Below, one piece after another: positions 48,365 through 56,366 of a stretch of 64,000 bases of DNA. The notes under the pieces were generated by a model that searched no databases, was not told the DNA's origin, and saw only the letters and a program-made list of their open reading frames with translations. The stretch's first letter is position 1, and every line of letters begins with the position of its first letter. The stretch comes from Candidatus Saccharimonadota bacterium. Lineage in GTDB: Bacteria > Patescibacteriota > Saccharimonadia > Saccharimonadales > Saccharimonadaceae. The stretch covers positions 101,821-165,820 of the forward strand of contig JAFRCN010000002.1 in the NCBI GenBank assembly GCA_017404335.1. The letters are read 5' to 3'. The translations under genes were made by a program, and so were the position numbers.

Positions 48365-49633
48365 ATGTATAATAAGTTTAAAAAGCGGTTTTACTTTGCA
48401 TTTGCGGGGTATTTTCGGTTCTTTGCGAATCGGGTTTATAAGAGGTGGAACCCGCGAGTGATTGCGATTACGGGGTCGGCTGGCAAGACGACAATGTTGA
48501 ATTTAGTCGAACATGAGATGGGAAAGCGGGCGCACTATTCGCACGATGCGAATTCGGCGTTCGGAGTACCGTTTGATATTTTGGGGTTAAAAGGGATTCG
48601 AGGGTCGAAGTTGAAGTGGGCGTGGCTGTTTATTGCGGCGCCGTTTAAATCGATTTTTAAGAGACACAAGGAGAAATATTATGTAGTCGAGATTGACGGG
48701 GAAAGGCCGCACGAGGCGGAGTTTCTCGCGGAGTGGCTGAAGCCGGAAGTGACGGTCTGGGTGTCGATTGGGCGATCGCATGCGGTACAGTTCGAGAGAG
48801 AAGTAGCGGAGGGGAACTTTGACGATTTGGACGAAGCGATTACGGCGGAGTTCGCGAATCTACCGAAAAACACTTTAAAACGAGTCTATATCGACGCGGA
48901 TTCTAAGGTAATGGCGAAGGCGACCACGGGGATTCGGGCAAAAGTAATTTTGATAAAGAAAAAAGAAGTGAAAAAATACGTAGTTTATCCGAATTCGACG
49001 GATTTTACCTACGGAGATACGACTTTTCATTTTGATCACCCAGAGCCTAAGGAAATCGCCTTTCATCTTTTGGTGCTGCAGGATTTGATGAAATATCTAA
49101 AGCTACCTTTTGTGAACGATTTTTCGGATATCAAGATGGCGCCGGGGAGGAGTTCGTATTTTAAAGGCATAAAAGGGATCAATATCGTTGATAGTAGCTA
49201 TAATGCGCACATGATTTCGGTAGCGTCGATTCTCGATATGGTGAAGAGGATGCATGCGGAGAAAAAGTGGCTCGTGATTGGCGATATTGTCGACCAGGGG
49301 TCTTTGACTGAGGAAGAGCACCGGAAGTTAGCAGGACTAATCGCCGAGGCGAAGCCGGAGAGAGTGATTCTCGTTGGGCGGAGGACAAAGGAGTTTACCG
49401 CGCCGGAGCTCAAGAAGCTGGGTGTCTCGGCGGTGGCGACAACTGATCCCCGGAAGGCTCTGGAATATATTGAGAAGAAAATCCGGGGGAATGAGACTTT
49501 GATATTTAAGGGAAGTCAATATCTAGAGTGGGTGATCGAGAAGTTACTCGAGAACCCAGAGGATGCGAAAAAATTATGCCGGCGCGAGAAGGCGGCGGTC
49601 GCACGGCGCAAAAGTTGGGGGCTGGACTCGTGA
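48365..49633 (+). CDS. Mur ligase family protein (MurF-like core, no N-terminal domain)
   Basis: ITGSAGKTT P-loop and Mur ligase middle and C-terminal layout. Leaderless layout. Confidence 0.7.
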   Translation: MYNKFKKRFYFAFAGYFRFFANRVYKRWNPRVIAITGSAGKTTMLNLVEHEMGKRAHYSHDANSAFGVPFDILGLKGIRGSKLKWAWLFIAAPFKSIFKRHKEKYYVVEIDGERPHEAEFLAEWLKPEVTVWVSIGRSHAVQFEREVAEGNFDDLDEAITAEFANLPKNTLKRVYIDADSKVMAKATTGIRAKVILIKKKEVKKYVVYPNSTDFTYGDTTFHFDHPEPKEIAFHLLVLQDLMKYLKLPFVNDFSDIKMAPGRSSYFKGIKGINIVDSSYNAHMISVASILDMVKRMHAEKKWLVIGDIVDQGSLTEEEHRKLAGLIAEAKPERVILVGRRTKEFTAPELKKLGVSAVATTDPRKALEYIEKKIRGNETLIFKGSQYLEWVIEKLLENPEDAKKLCRREKAAVARRKSWGLDS

Positions 49634-49647
49634 GGAGGAGGTTTTAG

Positions 49648-50325
49648 GTGGCGGATTTATATGTTATACATGGGTGGACCTACACGGTGGAGCCTTGGAA
49701 GACGACAATAAAGCTACTCCGCGAAAACGGAATTAGCGTAAAGATGTTAAACGTGCCAGGACTGACGGAGCCATCAAACAAGGAATTTACGATTGCGGAT
49801 TATGTAAAATGGGCCGATAAGGAGATCCCGGACGGAGCGATTGCGCTCGGACATTCGAACGGGGGGAGAATTTTAATGAATCTTTGTACGCTTAAGCCTG
49901 AGAAATTAAAATATTTGATTTTGCTCGATTCGGCGGGAGTATATGAGCCGACGGCGAAGAAGAAATTGATCGAAAAAATGGCGAAAATTGGTAAACCGCT
50001 CAAGAAGATACCGCTAGTCGATAAAGCTTTTCACCGAATTACCGGAACGACGGATTATTCGAAGGCGCCGGAGAATATGAAAAAGACGCTGGCGAATATG
50101 CTGGCGTCGGATAAGGATTTAGATTTTTCGAAGGTGACAACGAAGACGTTTATTCTTTGGGGGAAGAAAGACACAACCACTCCACCGAGGCATGCGACAA
50201 AGATTTATGAAGGATTACCGAATGCGGAGCTGAAGTTTTATGCGAATTGGACGCATGCGCCGTACATTTCGAGTCCGGAGGAGCTGGCGCGGGCGCTAGT
50301 GACGCTCATGGGGAGGATTAAGTGA
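49648..50325 (+). CDS. alpha/beta hydrolase
   Basis: GTG start, GHSNGG nucleophile elbow, 225 aa. Confidence 0.7.
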   Translation: MADLYVIHGWTYTVEPWKTTIKLLRENGISVKMLNVPGLTEPSNKEFTIADYVKWADKEIPDGAIALGHSNGGRILMNLCTLKPEKLKYLILLDSAGVYEPTAKKKLIEKMAKIGKPLKKIPLVDKAFHRITGTTDYSKAPENMKKTLANMLASDKDLDFSKVTTKTFILWGKKDTTTPPRHATKIYEGLPNAELKFYANWTHAPYISSPEELARALVTLMGRIK

Positions 50326-51608
50326 AGCATTATTTTCTTGGGATGGCGGCGAATTACTCGGGCGGTAAGTGGCTCCGGCATCTTTTTGCGGTGGGGCGAA
50401 AGAGGGATTATGATGAACTAGCGGAGTTTTTAGGAAAGAAATATGACGGGGAAGCGGTTTTGTGTAAAAACGGAAGGTCGGCTTTAGCTTTAGCTTTAAA
50501 GACCTATTTTCGGCCGGGAGATGAGGTTTTGGTTAACGGGTTTACATGCTATGCGGTTTATGAGGCCGTTAAGGCGGCTAAACTGAAGCCAGTTTTTGTC
50601 GACATAAACAAGCAGGATTTAAATTTTGATATTAAGACGCTCAGGAACGCTAGGTCCGGTCGATTCGAGGTCATTCGCGACAACGGGAGCGAGATAGCGA
50701 GCGAGCCCCGTAACGACGGGCGCGAGCGAAGCGGACCGAGAAGCGACTGGACTAGCGTTCAGGGGATTATTATTCAAAATACACTTGGAAATCCGGTGGA
50801 TATTAAAGCGATTGAGAGGTTTGCGAAGGAAAATGATCTTTTGATTATCGAAGACTTGGCGCACTCGGCGGGAATTAGATATCCGGATGGGAGAGAGGCC
50901 GGAACGGTCGGAGTGGCGACCGTCTTATCATTCGGAAAAGACAAGTCGGTTGATACAATTTCGGGAGGCGCGGTAGTGTTCAGGGGTGAACTTTTGTCAA
51001 ACTTTGGGGCGCGTCCGGCCGGCCCGTTGCCACGGGCGGCCGGCGCTACTCCTCGCGCTGCCGCGCTCCGGACCCCCTCAGTTTTGACAAAAGCTTCACC
51101 CAGTAAACTCCCAAGACTCCGAGATCATCTCAGAGCGAGGTTTTATCCGATGTTTGGGGCGCTGTGTCGGACGCTGTCCTATGTTCATTTAGGTGGAGTC
51201 TTGATGCGACTACTAGTTAAAATCCATTTGGTCGAAAAATCGGCGGATAATAAGCTCGATTTAGAGCGCAGAATGAGTAAATTCGAAGCAAAATTAGCGT
51301 TAGAACAAATCAAAAAATTGAAGAATAAACCGCTTAGGAAGTTTTATCTAGTAGACGACCGAGAGAAAGTTTTGAAAGAATTACGAAAAGCGGGATACTT
51401 TTTCGACGGGTTTTGGTACGAAAAGCCGGTCTCACCGGAGAGGTATTACAAAAAGGTGCATTTTCCGGAGGAGGAGTGCCCGAACGCGGTGTTTGTTTCG
51501 AAGCGTATTATTAATTTCCCGAATATTTATTCTAGGGAGGAGCTAGCGACGGCGCGTAAAATCATTGAGAAATATCTCATCAAGGAGGGTGCGGATGGAA
51601 AAAAGTAA
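50322..51608 (+). CDS. DegT/DnrJ/EryC1-type aminotransferase with two 39-aa in-frame insertions
   Basis: Family-like blocks (VNGFTCYAVYEAV..KPVFVD, IIEDLAHSAG, SFGKDK). The two inserts are described separately. Confidence 0.75.
   Translation: MKHYFLGMAANYSGGKWLRHLFAVGRKRDYDELAEFLGKKYDGEAVLCKNGRSALALALKTYFRPGDEVLVNGFTCYAVYEAVKAAKLKPVFVDINKQDLNFDIKTLRNARSGRFEVIRDNGSEIASEPRNDGRERSGPRSDWTSVQGIIIQNTLGNPVDIKAIERFAKENDLLIIEDLAHSAGIRYPDGREAGTVGVATVLSFGKDKSVDTISGGAVVFRGELLSNFGARPAGPLPRAAGATPRAAALRTPSVLTKASPSKLPRLRDHLRARFYPMFGALCRTLSYVHLGGVLMRLLVKIHLVEKSADNKLDLERRMSKFEAKLALEQIKKLKNKPLRKFYLVDDREKVLKELRKAGYFFDGFWYEKPVSPERYYKKVHFPEEECPNAVFVSKRIINFPNIYSREELATARKIIEKYLIKEGADGKK
50645..50760. repeat. GC-rich palindromic element A, in frame in the DegT-like gene
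   Basis: GAACGCTAGGTCCGGTCG (50645-50662) is an imperfect inverted repeat of CGACTGGACTAGCGTTC (50744-50760). The core contains CCCGT-aacg-ACGGG. Confidence 0.7.
50985..51100. repeat. GC-rich palindromic element B, in frame in the DegT-like gene
   Basis: GGTGAACTTTTGTCAAACTTTGGGG (50985-51009) is an imperfect inverted repeat of CCCCCTCAGTTTTGACAAAAGCTTCACC (51073-51100). The core is very GC-rich and self-complementary. Confidence 0.75.
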
Positions 51609-52665
51609 TCTAGAATGGGCGGAAATCGTCAAAAAGTTCCCGGAGGCGAATTTCTTACAGTCGCCGGCTTATGCGGAGATGAATAGGCTAATTGGCGAGA
51701 AAGTAATAATCGAGGATTTTGACGGGAAGGGGCGAGCGCTGATGGTTGTAAGAGAGGCAAAACGAGGAAAGTATCTCGAGATTCCGTGCGGACCGCTGAT
51801 CGACTGGAAGGATACAAGGCTGGTAAAGCGCGTCTTGAAGCGAATTAACGAAATCGCGAAGGCGGAAAAGTGTGTCTTCGTGAGGATTAGACCACAACTT
51901 TATAAAACTCCTGAGAATATGAAGATTTTGGAGCGGGCGGGGCTAAAAAAATCGCCGATGCATCTCGCGGCGGAACATACGGTGGTAATCGATTTAAGTA
52001 AAAGTGAGGATGAGCTACTAGCTAAAATGCGAAGACAAACCCGCTATGATGTCCGGCGGGCGGAAAAACTCGGAATTGAAGTACTAAAAAGTAATTCAGA
52101 GGAGCTATTCAAGGAATTTCATGGGGTGCAGGCGGAAACAGCAAAAAGACAAAAGTTTATTCCGCCGAGTTTAGAGACTTTGCTGGCTGAGAGAGCGGCT
52201 TTTGGCGATAACATCGCAATTTATGTAGCGACAATCGACTGGACGGGTCCTGCCGTCGCATCTTCCCCTGCGCGCGCTGGCGCGGGGGACCCCCAAGCGA
52301 CGTCACCCGTCCATGAACCACTATCTAAACCAATTGCTTATGGTCTCGTGATTAAGGACGGAAAGGAAGGGGATTATTACGAAGCGGCGTCGACGGATTT
52401 GAATCGGAAACTACCGGGAGCACATGCAATTCTATGGCGGGCGATGCGAGATTTGAAGGCTGAGGGCTATGAGCGATTTAACCTTTGGGGGATTGCGCCG
52501 GCGGGGCAACCGCACCACCGGTACGCCGGAGTGACAACATTCAAGACCGGCTTCGGTGGAGAGATTGTCGAATACGTCCCGGCGCATGACATGATTATTT
52601 CGCAGGTGCGATATTTAAAAAACTGGATAGTTGAAACGGCGCGAAGAAAAAGGAGACATTTATGA
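51595..52665 (+). CDS. FemAB-family peptidoglycan peptide-bridge transferase (paralog 1, with insertion)
   Basis: The start is taken at MEKSNLEW, 6 nt after AAGGAGGG. FemAB-like blocks include RRQTRYDVRRAEKLG. Confidence 0.75.
   Translation: MEKSNLEWAEIVKKFPEANFLQSPAYAEMNRLIGEKVIIEDFDGKGRALMVVREAKRGKYLEIPCGPLIDWKDTRLVKRVLKRINEIAKAEKCVFVRIRPQLYKTPENMKILERAGLKKSPMHLAAEHTVVIDLSKSEDELLAKMRRQTRYDVRRAEKLGIEVLKSNSEELFKEFHGVQAETAKRQKFIPPSLETLLAERAAFGDNIAIYVATIDWTGPAVASSPARAGAGDPQATSPVHEPLSKPIAYGLVIKDGKEGDYYEAASTDLNRKLPGAHAILWRAMRDLKAEGYERFNLWGIAPAGQPHHRYAGVTTFKTGFGGEIVEYVPAHDMIISQVRYLKNWIVETARRKRRHL
52240..52313. repeat. GC-rich palindromic element, in frame in FemAB paralog 1
   Basis: TGGACGGGT (52240-52248) pairs with ACCCGTCCA (52305-52313), plus GCCGTCGC with GCGACGTC. 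Inner hairpin CCCCTGCGC...GCGCGGGGG. The element is absent from paralog 2. Confidence 0.75.
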
Positions 52666-53687
52666 AAGAATTAAAAGTTGTCGACGCGGGTAGCCGAGAC
52701 GAGTGGGACGGTTTTATCAAGTCGCACCCGGAGTCGAATTTCTTGCAATCGTGGGATTTTTATGAATTTCACATTGCGCGCGGGAAAAAAGTCGTCAGGA
52801 GACTGTTTTTTAGCGGGGAAGAGATTGTCGCGGCGTATGCGGGCGTGGTCGAAACGGCGAAGCGGGGCAGATACATGGCGATTGCGGGTGGGCCGATTAT
52901 GGACTTTAAAGATTCTAATGTCGTAAAGTCGGTATTTTGCGACATTAAAGAGCAAGGGGAGTCTACTGGATGTGTTTTTGTAAGAGTTAGACCACAGGAA
53001 GAGCTTTCGGAAAAATCGCTTGCGCTAATGAAAGAGCATGGGCTGAAAAAGGCGCCGATGTATCTATCGGTAGAACACGCGGGGATTTTGGATCTTAGGA
53101 AGTCCGAGGAGGAAATTCTTGCGGGGGCGTCGCAAGGATTTCGGCGAAAACTGCGTAAAGCTGAGAAGTTGGACCTCGAAATTACGGCTAAAGCAAGCGC
53201 GTCCGAAATTGCCGATTTTTGCCGACTAGAGAAGCTCCACGCTAAACGTCAACAGTATGTCGCGTTTTCGGAAGAGTTTTTAACGAAACAGTTTGAGGCT
53301 TTCTCGAAAAACGATGAGGTGTTAATCTACACGGCGAGACTCGGCGACGAAATTTTGGCGATGAATTTTATGATTTTTTATGGTGCGGAGGCGAGCTATC
53401 ATTACGGAGTGTCGTCGGAGCTCGGGACTAAGTATTCGGCGGCGCCACTACTTCACCTTCGGGCGATGGAAGAGGCTCGGAAAAGAGGTTGTGTTCGATA
53501 TAATCTTTGGGGGATTGTCGGGCGCGAGGAGACTTCACATCGGTTTTACGGAGTGTCGGAATTTAAGCGGTCGTTTGGTTGCGAGGAGTTGAAATATACG
53601 CCAGCGCACGATTTGGTTTTGAAGCCGGTGGCATATCTTAAGAATTTAACGGTAGAAAAGGTGCGGAAAAAAATCCGGCACGTTTAA
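52662..53687 (+). CDS. FemAB-family peptidoglycan peptide-bridge transferase (paralog 2)
   Basis: ATGA overlap with paralog 1 and colinear with it (GFRRKLRKAEKLD). Confidence 0.75.
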   Translation: MKELKVVDAGSRDEWDGFIKSHPESNFLQSWDFYEFHIARGKKVVRRLFFSGEEIVAAYAGVVETAKRGRYMAIAGGPIMDFKDSNVVKSVFCDIKEQGESTGCVFVRVRPQEELSEKSLALMKEHGLKKAPMYLSVEHAGILDLRKSEEEILAGASQGFRRKLRKAEKLDLEITAKASASEIADFCRLEKLHAKRQQYVAFSEEFLTKQFEAFSKNDEVLIYTARLGDEILAMNFMIFYGAEASYHYGVSSELGTKYSAAPLLHLRAMEEARKRGCVRYNLWGIVGREETSHRFYGVSEFKRSFGCEELKYTPAHDLVLKPVAYLKNLTVEKVRKKIRHV

Positions 53688-53700
53688 AGGTTTAGATGGG

Positions 53701-54294
53701 ATGGCGAGTAGGAATCATTTATTGTCGCAACATTTCTTACGGAGTCCGAAGTTGGCGCTAATTTTGATTGGGCATTCGAATTTGAAAAAGCGAGATTTAG
53801 TAGTAGAGATTGGGGCGGGGAGCGGAGTGGTCACTTCGGCGTTGTCGCGAAGAGTGGCGCGAGTAATTGCGGTGGAGCCGGATGGGGAGGCAGTGGCGAA
53901 ATTGCGAGGCCATTTGTCGAAGCAAGGGTGTGAAAATGTTGAAGTAGTGGAGAAGGATTTTATGGATTTTGAATTGCCTTCCGAACCATATAAGATTTTT
54001 GCGAATCCGCCGTTTCATTTATCGTCGGCGATTTTACATAAGTTGATTGAGAACCCGAACCCGCCGGAAGCGATTTATTTGATTTTGCAGAAACAGTTTG
54101 CGCTAAAACTTTTGAATAATACTAGGCATTACACTTCTCAGCTGGGATTTACTTTAACGCGTGACTATGCGACAAAAATTCGACTGCCTTTAAAATCGTC
54201 CGATTTTACGCCGCCACCGGCGGTGCCGACGGTGCTGTTTGAAGCGAAGAGGATTGATTCTTTAGGCGCTGGTTTAAGCGCTAGCGATAAATAA
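53701..54294 (+). CDS. rRNA adenine methyltransferase family protein (Erm/KsgA-like), short
   Basis: SQHFL, EIGAGSG and NPPF motifs. 197 aa, so the usual C-terminal domain is missing. Confidence 0.6.
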   Translation: MASRNHLLSQHFLRSPKLALILIGHSNLKKRDLVVEIGAGSGVVTSALSRRVARVIAVEPDGEAVAKLRGHLSKQGCENVEVVEKDFMDFELPSEPYKIFANPPFHLSSAILHKLIENPNPPEAIYLILQKQFALKLLNNTRHYTSQLGFTLTRDYATKIRLPLKSSDFTPPPAVPTVLFEAKRIDSLGAGLSASDK

Positions 54295-54549
54295 AATAAG
54301 CATAGGCTCAATGTAGGGGTTGAAATTTTTGTTGCGATGTAGTAGAGTGGCGCTGGGTTGGCTTTGGGGTTTAGTGGAGAAATTGGCGTGCCAACGGCAG
54401 GAGCTTCGGCTCGTGCGGGTGTGGAGCTTCATGAAACGGCGAGTCTAGGGAAGCTAGAAGCTCGGAAAGGATTTTGAAGATGGCGATACGTTTTTCATTT
54501 TGGAAAATTAAGATTACCGTAACTCTATCTATAAAGAGAAAAGCCAAAG

Positions 54550-54618
54550 AAAAAAGATAAGCCGCTAAAACGGCTTACCTAAACAACCCTGAGTCTAGTC
54601 CTAGAGCTAGGCTCTTAT
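54550..54618 (-). ncRNA. candidate ~70-nt sRNA
   Basis: On the minus strand: TTGACA (54648-54653), 17-nt spacer, TACAAT (54625-54630). Terminator: TAAGCCG-ttttag-CGGCTTA followed by TTTTTT, ending near 54550. Confidence 0.3.
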
Positions 54619-54775
54619 GTTTTTATTGTAATACTAAAGTTTAGGCTTGTCAAGGGGTAAAACATTAAAGGATAGCGATAAATAAAAAAACGCTCATAAA
54701 AGCGTTATATTTCCGTTATAGCACAGATTGTAGAATTTGTCAAGTTTTAAGGGTTTGTGGTGGTATAATGATAAG

Positions 54776-56125
54776 ATGGGGAAAAGTTTTATCGCGATAG
54801 ATTTAAAGTCGTTTTATGCGTCAGTCGAGTGCGTCGAACGGGGGCTGGACCCTTTAAAAGCGAAGCTCGTGGTCGCGGATGAGTCGCGGACGGATAAGAC
54901 AATTTGCCTCGCGGTGTCGCCGGCCCTTAAGGCGCTCGGGATTCCGGGGCGGGCGAGGCTATACGAGGTGAAGCAAAAGGCGAAGGACTTTATCATCGCG
55001 GTGCCGCGGATGGCGTTTTATATCAGCTATAGCACGCGTATCTATAATATCTATCTTCGTTACATCGCGGAGGAAGATATGCACGTTTATTCGATTGATG
55101 AAGTATTTATCGACGCAACGCCGTATCTAAAAAACTATGGCTTGCCGGCAAAGGAGCTGGCGCAAAAGATTTTAAAAGAGATTTATGAGGAAACCGGGAT
55201 TACGGCGACGGCGGGGATTGGGACGAATTTGTATCTTGCGAAAGTGGCGATGGATATTTTGGCAAAGCACGAGGAGCCGGACGAAAACGGAGCGCGGATT
55301 GCAGAGCTAGACGAGATGGGCTATCGGCGGAGACTGTGGAATCACCGACCGCTGACGAATTTTTGGCGAGTCGGAAGGGGATACGCGAAAAGGCTCGAGG
55401 CGGCGGGGTTATATACGATGGGGGACGTCGCGCTCTGTTCGGAAAAGGATGAGGATTATCTTTATAAAATGTTCGGGGTGAATGCGGAGCTTTTGATTGA
55501 CCATGCTTGGGGATGGGAGCCCTGCGAGATTTCTGAGATTAAAGCATATCGACCAAGTGTTAATTCATTTTCCTCGGGCCAAGTTTTGAAGGAGCCGTAT
55601 AGTTTCGAAAGGGCGCAGGTGATCGCGCTCGAGATGGCGGAGGAGGTTAGCCTCGGTCTTCTATCTAAGAAGCTGACGACGGACCAGGTGATTTTAACGG
55701 TGGGGTACGACGTAACGAGCTTACCGGGATACACCGGCGAGACGAAAGCGGATTTTTACGGGCGGACAGTGCCGAAGCCGGCGCACGGGACCTATAATCT
55801 CGCGCGAGCTACGTCTTCGGCGCATTTAATCTCCGAGGCGGTAGTGAAGTTGTTTGATGAGAAAGTGGACCGAGAGTTAAAAATTCGACGACTAACGATA
55901 GACGTAAATCACGTAAAACGAGAAGGGGAGACGGAGCTAAGGCAACTAGGGCTATTCGATGAGAGAATCGACGAGAGTGAATTAAAGAAAGAAAAGCGAG
56001 CCGAGGAGGCGATGCTTAAAATCAAGAAGAAGTACGGAAAAAATGCAATTTTGAAGGGGATTAATTTCGAAGAGGGGGCGACGGGGAGGGAGCGAAATGT
56101 ACAGATCGGAGGCCACCGAAAATGA
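54776..56125 (+). CDS. Y-family DNA polymerase (UmuC/DinB/UvrX-like)
   Basis: The start is taken at MGKSFIAIDLKSFYASVEC, 6 nt after TGGTATAAT. The tracked TTG start at 54737 is rejected. Confidence 0.88.
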   Translation: MGKSFIAIDLKSFYASVECVERGLDPLKAKLVVADESRTDKTICLAVSPALKALGIPGRARLYEVKQKAKDFIIAVPRMAFYISYSTRIYNIYLRYIAEEDMHVYSIDEVFIDATPYLKNYGLPAKELAQKILKEIYEETGITATAGIGTNLYLAKVAMDILAKHEEPDENGARIAELDEMGYRRRLWNHRPLTNFWRVGRGYAKRLEAAGLYTMGDVALCSEKDEDYLYKMFGVNAELLIDHAWGWEPCEISEIKAYRPSVNSFSSGQVLKEPYSFERAQVIALEMAEEVSLGLLSKKLTTDQVILTVGYDVTSLPGYTGETKADFYGRTVPKPAHGTYNLARATSSAHLISEAVVKLFDEKVDRELKIRRLTIDVNHVKREGETELRQLGLFDERIDESELKKEKRAEEAMLKIKKKYGKNAILKGINFEEGATGRERNVQIGGHRK

Positions 56126-56340
56126 GCGAGGTGGATGTGAAATACGCCGAGATCATCGACCATCCGCATTACGAGCCGAAGAGGCATCCTAGGATGGCGC
56201 GGGAGATGCGGGCGGCGCAGTTCGCGCCTTACGCGGCACTCTCGGGGCACACTGGAGCGATACGACGGACGGCGAAATTCGCGGAGCTGAGGAGCCAAAG
56301 AAAAATAGAATATGACGAAGGCGCAGAAAGTATGGTATAA
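56122..56340 (+). CDS. YolD-like protein (partner of Y-family polymerases)
   Basis: ATGA overlap with the polymerase gene. 72 aa. AAQFAPYAALSGH resembles the YolD-like family (from memory). Confidence 0.5.
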   Translation: MSEVDVKYAEIIDHPHYEPKRHPRMAREMRAAQFAPYAALSGHTGAIRRTAKFAELRSQRKIEYDEGAESMV

Positions 56341-56366
56341 TAAACATAAGTAAGATAAGGATTTTT

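Noticed and set aside
54737-54775. Upstream starts offered by the ORF track (54737 TTG; likewise 29417, 2547, 37221, 17790, 63986, 51565, 58092)
   Set aside because: The N-terminal extensions are not family-like. They overlap promoter -10 boxes or upstream genes. The internal ATGs have either the leaderless -10 spacing or a proper SD.
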